Shown here piece by piece: positions 1-9,454 of a DNA stretch of 64,000 nucleotides. The notes beneath the pieces were generated by a model. It was not told where the DNA came from. It worked only from the letters and a program-made list of their open reading frames with translations, and searched no databases. The first letter of the stretch is position 1; the number at the start of each line of letters is the position of its first letter. The DNA comes from an uncultured Bacteroidales bacterium (GTDB lineage: Bacteria; Bacteroidota; Bacteroidia; Bacteroidales; VadinHA17). A program made the translations under genes and the position numbers. The stretch covers positions 461,571 through 525,570 of the forward strand of contig CAWHSH010000004.1 in NCBI GenBank assembly GCA_963831935.1. Direction: 5' to 3'.

Positions 1-19
1 TTTATTTATTTCAGGTTTT

Positions 20-180
20 AACCTCACCCCCTCTTATCCCCCGCTCCCGGGAGAGCGGGGGATGTTTATTTCTGTAGCTGATATTGTATCTGATTTTGTT
101 TAAGTCCCTCCCACTTGGGGGAGGGATTGCCTTCGGCGAGCTCATCCCGCTTAGCGGGACTCGGTTTAGGGAGAGGTCAA
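20..180. repeat. Cluster of short G/C-rich palindromes (family B, CCCC..GGGG hairpin units)
   Basis: Stem-loops cccccgctc/gagcggggg and tccctccc/gggaggga were read directly. Related units recur near 9.34, 11.41, 26.10, 37.92, 41.52 and 50.70 kb. Track ORFs 84..287 and 115..513 run through this region or antisense to hydF and look non-coding. Confidence 0.5.
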
Positions 181-186
181 TTAACT

Positions 187-1482
187 TTAGAGGTAGGCTT
201 CCTGATTTTTTATTTCTTTCACAAAGGGTGCAATTGCCCGGTTGTAAATTCCCTGAACATACGCTATTGCCATCCCATAGTTGGTAACAGGTATGCCGGC
301 CCTGATTGCAGGAAGGAGCCTGTTATGCAGCTGCTTTCTGGTTATCATGCATCCTCCGCACTGGATTACAAGGGAATAACCGGTAACCGGGCGGGGCAGA
401 ATATCCAGACCTGCAACAACATCGTACTCAATTCTTTTGCCGGTGAATTTGGTGATCCATCTCGGGATCTTTGTTCTGCCGATATCGTCACATGCCACAT
501 GATGAGAACATGATTCAAGGAGCAGAACCCTGTCGCCGTCCTGGAGTTCAGATATTTTTGGGGTTCCCTTAAGGTAGCTGTCAAAATCGCCTTTAAAACG
601 GGCGAGCAGAATACTGAAACTCGTGAGGGGAATGTCGGACGGGATGGAAGCATCTGCTTTTACGAATACCTGCGAATCGGTAACTGCCAGAGCAGGTTTG
701 ATCTTTGTCTTTTTAAGGAAAGCATCAACTTCGCGCTCCTTGAGAACAATGGCAACAGCGTCATTATCAAGAATATCCCTTATTGCCTGAACCTGTGGCA
801 GGATTAGCCGGCCTTCGGGTGCTTCGACGTCGATCGGAGTAATAAGAATTACTATATCACCCTGATTTATCAGGTCGCCAAGCAGAGCGGGGGTTTTGTA
901 TGAATATTCCGGAATCGTTTCCTTAATAAGCTTTATCAGTTCCTCGTAATTGCGCCTGTCAACTGCAGAAAACTCAAAAAGGTCATTGCCTGTCAGATTT
1001 TTGACTTTTTCCCTGAAGCCTGTTGTTGGTTCACGAAGGTCTGATTTGTTGTTGATTACAATGAAAGGTACATCACGATCGCGGAACTTTTTAATAATAT
1101 CATCTTCAAAGTCGCCCCAGAAATTTTCTGTTACAACCAGAAGTGCAAGGTCGATTATATCTAGAGTACCTATTGTACGGTCAACTCTTTTTTGTCCGAG
1201 TTCACCGGAATCATCTATTCCGGCAGTGTCGACCAGGATCACCGGACCAAAGCCGGTAATTTCAAATGACTTCTTAACCGGATCGGTTGTTGTACCGGCC
1301 TGCTCCGAAACAATGGCAATATCCTGTCCGGCCAGGCAGTTTATCAGACTGCTCTTGCCGTAATTCCTCCGGCCGTAAATACCAATATGAGGTTTGGATT
1401 CCCTGCCCTTTGACATCATTTCAAAATTTCCCGCAAATTTAGCAAAAAAATTTAGAGGTAGGATTCTCAACACTTCTGCCAT
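187..1482 (-). CDS. hydF: [FeFe]-hydrogenase maturation GTPase HydF
   Basis: GTPase motifs GRRNYGKSS (G1), DTAG (G3) and NKSD (G4), then a C-terminal FeS-ligand region ESCSHH...IQCGGC. The likely true start is MMSKG at 1419, since the first 21 codons of the ORF are AT-rich leader. Confidence 0.85.
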   Translation of the reverse strand: MAEVLRILPLNFFAKFAGNFEMMSKGRESKPHIGIYGRRNYGKSSLINCLAGQDIAIVSEQAGTTTDPVKKSFEITGFGPVILVDTAGIDDSGELGQKRVDRTIGTLDIIDLALLVVTENFWGDFEDDIIKKFRDRDVPFIVINNKSDLREPTTGFREKVKNLTGNDLFEFSAVDRRNYEELIKLIKETIPEYSYKTPALLGDLINQGDIVILITPIDVEAPEGRLILPQVQAIRDILDNDAVAIVLKEREVDAFLKKTKIKPALAVTDSQVFVKADASIPSDIPLTSFSILLARFKGDFDSYLKGTPKISELQDGDRVLLLESCSHHVACDDIGRTKIPRWITKFTGKRIEYDVVAGLDILPRPVTGYSLVIQCGGCMITRKQLHNRLLPAIRAGIPVTNYGMAIAYVQGIYNRAIAPFVKEIKNQEAYL

Positions 1483-1554
1483 GTAACATATGGCGATTTC
1501 CTGCTATTTTTACGGAATTTTACTTCTGACTGACTGATTAATTATGCAGACATA

Positions 1555-1597
1555 TAAAAAATCACCGTATTTTAATACGGCTTTTAATACGGTGATT
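1555..1597 (-). terminator. Intrinsic-terminator-like hairpin in the hydF upstream leader
   Basis: Perfect 11-bp inverted repeat atcaccgtatt/aatacggtgat. On the minus strand it is followed by TTTTTT. The loop carries a second copy of ccgtatt, so alternative pairing is possible. Confidence 0.3.
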
Positions 1598-1898
1598 CCT
1601 CTAATTGACCTGATTCGCTAATTGATTTATAATGAGCATTATGGTTAATTAAAACATATAGGATGCTTTTATTACCAGATCATATAGTGTTCTTTAATCG
1701 GCAGCTAACAGAAACAAGTAACCAGTTTTACCAGCCATACCATCAGGGCAAACCTGCAACCGGCAACTTGAGTTAAATATTAAAATCTCTAAAATTTAGA
1801 CCCAGGGATTTAAAAAAAATTTGCAGGAATGAAAAATGTTTAGGAACTTCGATATCAGACGCTTTTACTTGGGGATCAGGTAATTTGAAGTATCTTTC

Positions 1899-4025
1899 AT
1901 GGCAGAGCCCATTGCGGTCGATCAGGCATTCATCAGGAAGCTGACCGATAAAATCCTGGCTAACCTTGAAAATGAAAATTTCGGGGTGATGGAACTTGCT
2001 CATGAATCAGGTATGAGCATTTACAGCCTGAATCGAAGACTGCATTCAATCAATCAGAAAACAGGTACCCAGTTTATCCGGGAGATCCGTTTGCAGAGGG
2101 CTTTGGAGTTGCTGCAAAGTGGAGAAGTAACAGCCTCCCAGGTAGCATATAAGGTCGGATTCAACAGCCCTGCTTATTTCAGCACCTGTTTTCATGAATA
2201 TTTCGGTTATCCTCCGGGAAAAGTCAAAAAGGAGAGTTTAAACGGTCATAAAGAAAGCTCCCATTCACCTGTTACTTCGGAAAAGTTACCAGAAAGAACA
2301 AAATACAAAACCTTTGTAATTGCGGTGTCAGGTATCCTTCTGCTTGCGGTTTTGGTTTACATGATATATTCTGTTTCGGCAAAGCATAATGCCGGTGAAA
2401 GCATTAATCCGGAAATTTATCCTGAAAAATCGATTGCAGTCCTTCCATTTAAAAACCTCAGTAATAATCAGTCTGATCAATATTTTATCGATGGGGTAAT
2501 GGATGAGATCTTTATCAAACTCAGCAAAATACACGATCTCAGAGTTGTTTCCCGCACGTCAGTTGAACAATACAGAAACACCGACCGGTCAATTCCCGAA
2601 ATCGCAAGGGAACTTAACGTGAATTATATCGTGGAAGGAAGAGGGCAAAAATATGACAACACTTTCCGGCTCAGGGTCCAATTGATAGAAGGTTCTGCCG
2701 ACAGGCAGATCTGGGCCGGATCGTATGAGCGGGAGATATACGAAACGAGGGACATTTTCACAATTCAAAGCCAGGTTGCGCAAACCATAGCTTCGGAATT
2801 AAACGCAACAATAACCAAAGAGGAACAGGAACTTATTGACAGGATACCGACTGCAAATCTTACAGCCTATGATTTGTATACCAAAGCCAGCGGATATCAG
2901 AAAGAATATCAGAAATCCCGCAATCTGAATATCTATGGCAAAGCTGTAACTTTTTACAAGGCCGCACTTGAACTGGATTCATCTTTCGCCAGAGCCTACT
3001 CTGACCTTTCCTCACTATATCTGGCAAGATATTATGGGGAAACCTATTTTAAAGAGGATTTTCTTGATTCCTGTTTAGTTCTGGCCAATATTGCACTTTC
3101 CTTTGATGGACAAATGGATGAGGCTTATTTTATAATAGGCAGGTGCAATTTTGAAAAAGGTAACATCGAGAAAGCGTTGGTTAATTATGACAAGTCCTTG
3201 GAAATAAATCCGGATTATTCTGATGCTCATGCGTATAAGGGCTACCTGTTAACATCACTAGTAAACGATTATGTAGGAGGAATAGACTCTTATCAGAAAG
3301 CGGTGAGTACGGCTCCGCCTGAATACAAACCCGATTTACTGAGGGGATTGGGACAGGCTTATCTGGACGTCGGCTTCATTGACGAAACAAGAAACTGTTA
3401 TAAGGAGGCATTTGATATAGATGGAAACAAAGGATTGTATCTCTTTAATTTATCGAATATTGAGGTCTGTCTCGAAAATTTTGAAGAGGCCATACGGCTT
3501 GCAAATGAAGCCGGCAAAGTTGATTCAGCATATTTTCCTGAGACCTCCTATTTCTACGGATCGGCAGAGCACAATACAGAAGCATATTTGCAGGCAAATA
3601 AGTTACTTAGAAGATTTAGGAGATCAGGTGAACTAAACCTGAACCAGGCGCATCGTGTCGGTTACGCCTTCTGGAAAATGGGCAGATATAATGAGGCAAC
3701 GAACTTTTTTAACCAGCAGATCAGGTATTCACGGGAAAGCATTAAACTGAAAAGGCACATGGCAGAATATAAGGGAGCTCATTATGATCTGGCTGCAATT
3801 TACGCTTTCATGAGTGAGAAGGAAAAGGCATATCAGTATCTTGATGAATTCAATAAGAAAAAATTTTATTCATTGGGGTGGATAAGTCTCGCGAAACATG
3901 ATCCCTTTTTCAAAAGCATAAGAAATGAAGAACGGTTCCAGGCAATCCTTCAGAACATGGAATCAAAATATCAGGCAGAGCATGAGAGGGTCAGGAAATG
4001 GATGGAAGAGCAGAAAAGGGAGTAA
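1899..4025 (+). CDS. AraC-family HTH regulator with transmembrane segment and periplasmic TPR domain
   Basis: N-terminal AraC/XylS HTH (VGFNSPAYFSTCFHEYFGYPP), a hydrophobic helix (FVIAVSGILLLAVLVYMIY), then TPR-like repeats (AYSDLSSLY, ALVNYDKSLEINPDYSDAH). Confidence 0.75.
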   Translation: MAEPIAVDQAFIRKLTDKILANLENENFGVMELAHESGMSIYSLNRRLHSINQKTGTQFIREIRLQRALELLQSGEVTASQVAYKVGFNSPAYFSTCFHEYFGYPPGKVKKESLNGHKESSHSPVTSEKLPERTKYKTFVIAVSGILLLAVLVYMIYSVSAKHNAGESINPEIYPEKSIAVLPFKNLSNNQSDQYFIDGVMDEIFIKLSKIHDLRVVSRTSVEQYRNTDRSIPEIARELNVNYIVEGRGQKYDNTFRLRVQLIEGSADRQIWAGSYEREIYETRDIFTIQSQVAQTIASELNATITKEEQELIDRIPTANLTAYDLYTKASGYQKEYQKSRNLNIYGKAVTFYKAALELDSSFARAYSDLSSLYLARYYGETYFKEDFLDSCLVLANIALSFDGQMDEAYFIIGRCNFEKGNIEKALVNYDKSLEINPDYSDAHAYKGYLLTSLVNDYVGGIDSYQKAVSTAPPEYKPDLLRGLGQAYLDVGFIDETRNCYKEAFDIDGNKGLYLFNLSNIEVCLENFEEAIRLANEAGKVDSAYFPETSYFYGSAEHNTEAYLQANKLLRRFRRSGELNLNQAHRVGYAFWKMGRYNEATNFFNQQIRYSRESIKLKRHMAEYKGAHYDLAAIYAFMSEKEKAYQYLDEFNKKKFYSLGWISLAKHDPFFKSIRNEERFQAILQNMESKYQAEHERVRKWMEEQKRE

Positions 4026-4049
4026 GATTGTTCAGGCAGGAAGTCCCTC

Positions 4050-5492
4050 TCAGGTTTTAAGATCTTCCAGTGAGAATCCTAGTTTTAGCAGATTCCCGGG
4101 CTGAAGGATCTCTTTCAGCCTGTTTTCATCAATTAGTTTAAGGATGTTGTTTGCTTCGAAAATATCATATTTTTTCTCTTTCATCAGCCTGGCCAGCTCA
4201 GATGCTTTATGATAACCTATATGAGGAGTGAGGGCGGTTGTCACCGATGGGCTGTGAATAAGTGAACTATAGCCTGAGCTTTCATTTACACTTATCCCGT
4301 TTATCAGATTTTCTTTTGCCGTTTTACACGAAGAAATCAGCAACTTTATACTTTCCAGAACAGCATACCCGATAACCGGGAGATAAGCATTCAGCTCAAG
4401 AGATCCCTGGCCGCAAAGGGAAGTTATCAGCATGTCGTTGGAATAGACTTTATGTGATGCGGAAATCATGAATTCGGGAATGACAGGATTGATCTTCCCG
4501 GGCATTATGGAACTGCCAACCTGTTTCTCCGGAATGATTATACTTTTATCTTTTGCAACATCCGAAGCAAGAAGACGAAGATCGGAAGCCATCTTTTCAA
4601 GATTTACGGCAAGGGCTTTCAGTGTGGCATTCACCTCCACCCATTTATCGAGATTCGATGTAGTATCGGAAAGGTTATCACTATGAGAGAGGGGAAGTCC
4701 CGTAAGTTCACGCAGCTCAGGAACAACCTGCATTATAAAGAATCTCGGAACAGCCATTCCTGTCCCGGTAGCTCCTCCTCCGAGGTTTACAGGTTTAAGC
4801 CGTTCAAAGCACTTCGAAACTCTCCACCAGTCGCGGGACAATGCTTCATTATAAGTGCTGAAAAGCATCCCGAATGAAGATGGCACAGCCTCCTGCATCT
4901 GCGTAAAACCAGGACGTAATTTTTGAGATGAATTCTTTTCCAGCTTTTCTGTGTCCTGCCTCAGATCATTTATCCCGATTTCGAGAGCCTGGAGCAGGAA
5001 CATTGCTGCAACAGTAAGTGCAGTGGGTATTACGTCATTTGTCGACTGGTAAATGTTTGCATGTTCGGTTGGGTCAATACAGGAGTATTCGCCACATTTA
5101 TTTCCTGTCTTCAGGAGAGCTGCGTTTGCAATTATTTCGTTGATATTCATGTTAATGCTTGTTCCTGCTCCTCCCTGGATAGCTGGTACGATAAAATGCT
5201 CGAAATGTTTCCCTTCTGAAATCTCTATGGCAGATTTGATCATTGCATCCAGTATGTCATCGGCGATAATTTTAACTGCCGGATGCTCGCCATAATTTTT
5301 AACTGCTGCATTACGGAATTTCCGGTAAGTGTTATAGCAGGCGAGTTTTGTTATACCGACCGCCATGTACCACTCAATGGGAAAAGGTGTATTATCGGGG
5401 AAATTTTCTTTTGCCCTTAATGAATTTATCCCGTAAAGAGCATCCGGGGGGATCTCTTTCTGACCAAGGCTATCTTTTTCAGTTCGGGACAT
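4050..5492 (-). CDS. aspA: Aspartate ammonia-lyase family protein (fumarate-lyase superfamily)
   Basis: Superfamily signature GSSIMPGKINPVIPE, where the PVIPE variant favours aspartase over fumarase. Also GGAGTSINMN and STNDV motifs. 480 aa. Confidence 0.7.
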   Translation of the reverse strand: MSRTEKDSLGQKEIPPDALYGINSLRAKENFPDNTPFPIEWYMAVGITKLACYNTYRKFRNAAVKNYGEHPAVKIIADDILDAMIKSAIEISEGKHFEHFIVPAIQGGAGTSINMNINEIIANAALLKTGNKCGEYSCIDPTEHANIYQSTNDVIPTALTVAAMFLLQALEIGINDLRQDTEKLEKNSSQKLRPGFTQMQEAVPSSFGMLFSTYNEALSRDWWRVSKCFERLKPVNLGGGATGTGMAVPRFFIMQVVPELRELTGLPLSHSDNLSDTTSNLDKWVEVNATLKALAVNLEKMASDLRLLASDVAKDKSIIIPEKQVGSSIMPGKINPVIPEFMISASHKVYSNDMLITSLCGQGSLELNAYLPVIGYAVLESIKLLISSCKTAKENLINGISVNESSGYSSLIHSPSVTTALTPHIGYHKASELARLMKEKKYDIFEANNILKLIDENRLKEILQPGNLLKLGFSLEDLKT

Positions 5493-5504
5493 AAAATTAT
5501 GGGT

Positions 5505-5609
5505 TTCTCTGTGGCCCTCTGTGCCTCCTCTGTGGATCTCTGTGTAACTGATAATATTTCAAAAACTTACACAGAGTTACACCGAGTAGTCACAGAGGTA
5601 CACAGAGGT
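5505..5609. repeat. Heptamer-array inverted repeat (family A): 4x CTCTGTG, spacer, 4x CACAGAG
   Basis: Left arm: ctctgtg units start at about 10-11 bp intervals and end in gtaac. An 18-nt AT loop follows. Right arm: cttacacagagttacaccgag..cacagagg..cacagagg. Confidence 0.7.
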
Positions 5610-6785
5610 TTAGACGTTTCCGCCTGAAACTGGTCTTGCATAAGCTACAACATCAGCTCCTGTTATTTCATCCTTGCAGAGAATAATCAGCCTTTCCAGG
5701 ACGTTCCTGAATTCGCGGATATTTCCGGTCCATTCGATTTTCTGAAGCTCGTTGATAGCATCCTTTCTAATTATTTTTTTGCTCATTCCGTATTCATTGC
5801 AAATCAATGAGTTAAAATATTCTGCTAAAAGAGGTATGTCATCCTGGCGTTCATTCAGCGTTGGTACATGAATAAGTATCACACTGAGTCTGTGGTAGAG
5901 ATCTTCCCTGAAGGTATTATTTTCTATCTCCTTTCTGATGTTTTTATTGGTGGCTGCAACTACCCTTACATTGACATGGATATCCTTGTCCGATCCGACG
6001 CGGCTGATCTTGTTTTCCTGAAGGGCTCTCAGCACCTTTGACTGAGCTGACAGACTCATATCCCCGATCTCATCGAGAAACAGCGTGCCGCCGTTTGCCT
6101 GTTCAAACTTGCCAATTCGCTGTTTAATTGCCGAGGTGAAAGAACCCTTTTCGTGACCAAATAGTTCGCTCTCAATCAATTCTGAAGGGATGGCGGCACA
6201 GTTTACCTCGACAAACGGTGCTCTTGCCCTGCTGCTCTTTTCATGTATCTGGTGTGCTACCAACTCTTTCCCGGTCCCGTTGGCTCCGGTGATCAGGACA
6301 CGCGCTTCGGTGGGTGCAACCCTGTCGATCATCTCCTTCACCTTTATAATAGCTTCCGACTCACCCACTATCTCGTACATTTTACTTACTTTATTCTTAA
6401 GTACCTGGGTTTGCGTGATAAGTGTTGATTTGTCGGTCGCATTCCGGATTGTTATAAGTAACCTGTTAAGGTCGAGGGGTTTCTCAAGAAAATCGTATGC
6501 CCCCTTTTTTATGGCTTCAACAGCTGTATCGATATTACCATGGCCGGAGATCATTATTACGGGTATGTCTGAAGAGGTTTCGCAGATTTTCTGAAGCACC
6601 TCAATACCATCCATCTTTGCCATCTTAATATCGCAAAGTACAATATCGTATGAGTTTGAATTAAACATTTCGAGACCTGACGGTCCGTCTTCAGCAAGAT
6701 CGACTTCATGCTTTTCATATTCAAGGACCTCCTTCAGGGTATTCCGGATCGCCCTTTCGTCGTCTATTACCAGTATTTTGGACAT
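5610..6785 (-). CDS. Sigma-54-dependent response regulator (REC + AAA+), no C-terminal HTH
   Basis: REC domain ([21 protein letters not shown]), Walker A GANGTGKE, a GAFTGA-position motif reading GSFTSA, and a Walker B-like LFLDEIG motif. The protein ends about 15 aa after the AAA+ lid (391 aa), leaving no room for a Fis-type HTH. Confidence 0.8.
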   Translation of the reverse strand: MSKILVIDDERAIRNTLKEVLEYEKHEVDLAEDGPSGLEMFNSNSYDIVLCDIKMAKMDGIEVLQKICETSSDIPVIMISGHGNIDTAVEAIKKGAYDFLEKPLDLNRLLITIRNATDKSTLITQTQVLKNKVSKMYEIVGESEAIIKVKEMIDRVAPTEARVLITGANGTGKELVAHQIHEKSSRARAPFVEVNCAAIPSELIESELFGHEKGSFTSAIKQRIGKFEQANGGTLFLDEIGDMSLSAQSKVLRALQENKISRVGSDKDIHVNVRVVAATNKNIRKEIENNTFREDLYHRLSVILIHVPTLNERQDDIPLLAEYFNSLICNEYGMSKKIIRKDAINELQKIEWTGNIREFRNVLERLIILCKDEITGADVVAYARPVSGGNV

Positions 6786-6872
6786 TTTTTATGACTTTTT
6801 TTTTACCGTCAATTCGAGACCCGACCAACCGCCGGGGCGAAGCAATCTTTCTATTTTTTTCAAATCCTTAAC

Positions 6873-6908
6873 CACGGAGTTCACGGAGTATCACGGAGTT
6901 ACACGGTT
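6873..6908. repeat. Solo heptamer array (family A variant, 4x CACGGAG, 10-bp period)
   Basis: The string accacggagttcacggagtatcacggagttacacgg was read directly between the sigma-54 regulator start and the ABC-2 permease stop. Confidence 0.6.
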
Positions 6909-6942
6909 TTAACCATATCGCCTATAATACATAATACATCGC

Positions 6943-8303
6943 CTATCCGGAATACCTCAGCCATTTCCACATTTCCTTCCAGGATGTCTTCTTTCCGTAC
7001 ATAAGGATACCTGTCCGGTAGATCTTGGCTGCCATCCAGACAAAAGCAATAAATGTTACCACCATCAGGACCATCGACACTGCAATCTGCCAGTACGGGA
7101 CACCAAAAGGAAGACGGGCAACCATAACTACCGGTGAGGTAAGAGGGATCAGCGAACACCAGAACGACAGCGAACTCTCGGGATTCTGCATTGTCCCCAT
7201 TGCGACCATCAGTGCCAGGATTATTGGGATAGTAACCGGGAGCATAAATTGCTGGGTCTCGGTCTCATTATCAACCGCAGATCCGATAGCGGCAAATATT
7301 GAGGCATAGAGAAGATATCCTGTAATGAAATAAAAAATGAAACAAATTATGATCAGACCCCATGGCTGGTTCATTGCATTATTGAATATTTTCGAAAATT
7401 CAGCCATTTGAGGTGTCATCTCGGTGCCCTGTGTTTGCACTGCTGCCTGCTGGTCCCCATTCATAATGCTTTTTGTCACATTCTGGGTGATCTCTGTCAG
7501 ATTCTCTTTCTTCAGTACTGTGGATTTAACGACTCCGGCAATGGCAATTGTCAGGAACACCCAGATAAGAAACTGCGTCAGTCCAACAAGGGCAATCCCG
7601 ATTATTTTACCCATCATAAGCTGTAAAGGTTTTACCGATGAAACAATGACTTCGACCACCCTGCTTGTCTTTTCTTCAATCACACCTCTCATAACCTGCG
7701 CACCAAACATAAACACAAGCATGTACATAAGAAATCCGCTCAGGTAGGCGAGAGCCATGGCAATTCCGGTGCTTGTTTCCTTTACATTTCCCGATTCATC
7801 TATCTTGATGGTCTGAATTGAGACTTTTGTTTCCACGTTTTTCATTATCTCATCGAGATTCTCGATCTTGTATGTCATAAGTTTCTCCTTCTCAATCTCC
7901 TTTTCAAGGTTGAACTTTCAATATGTTGAAGAAGCGCAATCGGAGGTTGCTGCTTGGAGATCAGCTGAACTGCGTTTGGAGTGTTTACCACTTCGGATGA
8001 AATAAACAGAATACCGTAGTACCCTGCCTGCTGGAATGATTTTTTCAGGTCTTCGAGTCTGACATTTTTAAGGTAATCAAACTCAAGGTTCTTGGTATTT
8101 GGAATGACTCCTCCGAACAGTCCGGGATTGTCTTCAATTACTGCTATCTTTTTAAAATCCTGATCCTGGTTCATCATTACCACGGTAGGAACAATAATTA
8201 TTGCAGCCATCAGGACGGGTGCCAGAAGTGTCATTATTATAAATGATTTCTTTCTGACCCTTGTCATGTATTCCCTCTTTATTATAATTGATATCTTATT
8301 CAT
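6943..8303 (-). pseudogene. ABC-2 type transporter permease (NatB-like), one frameshift
   Basis: Fragments 7875..8303 (N-terminal TM plus extracytoplasmic domain) and 6943..7878 (multi-TM C-terminal part) lie in different phases. Read across the junction, the sequence continues as ..IESS/LEKEIEKEKLMTYKIENL. Confidence 0.7.
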
Positions 8304-8339
8304 TTTTAAGATGTTTGGATAGTTTATCAGATATAGGCA

Positions 8340-9248
8340 CTAGTTACGGGATTCTACAACCCTGATGAAAATTTCATTCATTGATGGCAGGGCAGGATTG
8401 AATGAAAGAACTTTTCCTGATTTCAGTGCTGTCCCGAGAATTTCGTTTGTATCAATTTCCCTGATTGTTTTAAGCCTGATCGTGCTTTTGTTTTCCTCTT
8501 TGATTTTGTTGAGGATATTGTACTGCCCGTTACCTTCCAAAGTCACATCTCCTTCGAAAACAAGATCATATTCATTGGCAGCCCATTTCTTGCGTATATC
8601 ATCAACATTTCCCTCAAGGATTGTTTTTGCCTTATTAATAAGCGTGATATTATCACACAGTTCCTCAACCGATTCCATATTGTGCGTGGAAAAGATTATC
8701 GTGGCACCTCTTTCCCTGAGGAACAGGATTTCGTTTTTGATAACATTTGTATTGACGGGATCGAATCCTGTGAATGGTTCGTCAAATATTATGAGCTTTG
8801 GTTCGTGTAGAATGGTAATAACGAACTGGACCTTTTGCTGCATTCCTTTTGATAATTCTTCAACCTTTTTGCCCCACCAGTCAATTATATCCAGTTTTTT
8901 GAACCAGTATTTCAGCCTTTTCATTGCATCGGTTTTTGAAAGGCCCTTGAGCTGAGCAAAATACAAGGCTTGTTCGCCGACCTTCATTTTCTTGTAGAGC
9001 CCTCTTTCTTCAGGAAGATAACCAATGGCCACAACATCTTCTGGCTTAAGTTTTTTCCCGTTAAGAAACAACTCACCTGAATCAGGTCCGGTGATCTGGT
9101 TTATTATTCTGATCAGGGTTGTTTTACCGGCCCCGTTCGGACCGAGGAGCCCGAAAATACATTGTTCCGGAACTGAAATACTGACATTATCAAGCGCTAC
9201 AGTACTTCCAAACTGTTTTGTAATATTATTTGCTTCAAATAGTGCCAT
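8340..9248 (-). CDS. ABC transporter ATP-binding protein (NatA-like partner of the ABC-2 permease)
   Basis: Walker A GPNGAGKTT, signature LSKGMQQK, Walker B LIIFDEP. 302 aa. Confidence 0.85.
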   Translation of the reverse strand: MALFEANNITKQFGSTVALDNVSISVPEQCIFGLLGPNGAGKTTLIRIINQITGPDSGELFLNGKKLKPEDVVAIGYLPEERGLYKKMKVGEQALYFAQLKGLSKTDAMKRLKYWFKKLDIIDWWGKKVEELSKGMQQKVQFVITILHEPKLIIFDEPFTGFDPVNTNVIKNEILFLRERGATIIFSTHNMESVEELCDNITLINKAKTILEGNVDDIRKKWAANEYDLVFEGDVTLEGNGQYNILNKIKEENKSTIRLKTIREIDTNEILGTALKSGKVLSFNPALPSMNEIFIRVVESRN

Positions 9249-9292
9249 GAGATTTAAGGTGTTTATAAAAAAGAAATGTAAATATATAAAAA

Positions 9293-9432
9293 TCTCTGTG
9301 TTTCTCCGTGAAACATCTGTGTTACTCTGTGTAATCCCACTCCTGAATCCCCTGAAGGGGACTTATAACAGCCCCCTTTAGGGGATTGGGGGTGAACTAT
9401 CACAAAGGGAAACACAGAGTTCCACAGAGTAA
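9293..9432. repeat. Composite repeat: CTCTGTG array, G/C mini-palindromes, CACAGAG array
   Basis: Left arm ctctgtg/ctccgtg/atctgtg/ctctgtg. Centre cccctgaagggg and ccccctttagggg. Right arm cacaaag..cacagagttccacagag. Confidence 0.7.
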
Positions 9433-9454
9433 AATCATTATATTAAAACTGTAT

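Noticed and set aside
84-513. ORFs 84..287 and 115..513 at the left edge
   Set aside because: The first runs through G/C palindromic repeat DNA. The second is mostly antisense to the hydF 3' end. Neither has a recognisable domain.
5505-5609. CRISPR array (this copy and the other CACAGAG arrays)
   Set aside because: Repeat units are 7 nt with a 10-11 nt period, only 4 units occur per module, and there are no 25-40 nt repeat/spacer alternations or cas genes.
5455-5615. Apparent 1-nt disagreement between my hand count of the printed sequence and the ORF-track coordinates, which might suggest a frameshift at the aspA start
   Set aside because: The track translation is continuous and the counts agree again by 6190. 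I attribute this to my own character-level reading and defer to the ORF track. This is why non-ORF coordinates are given as approximate.
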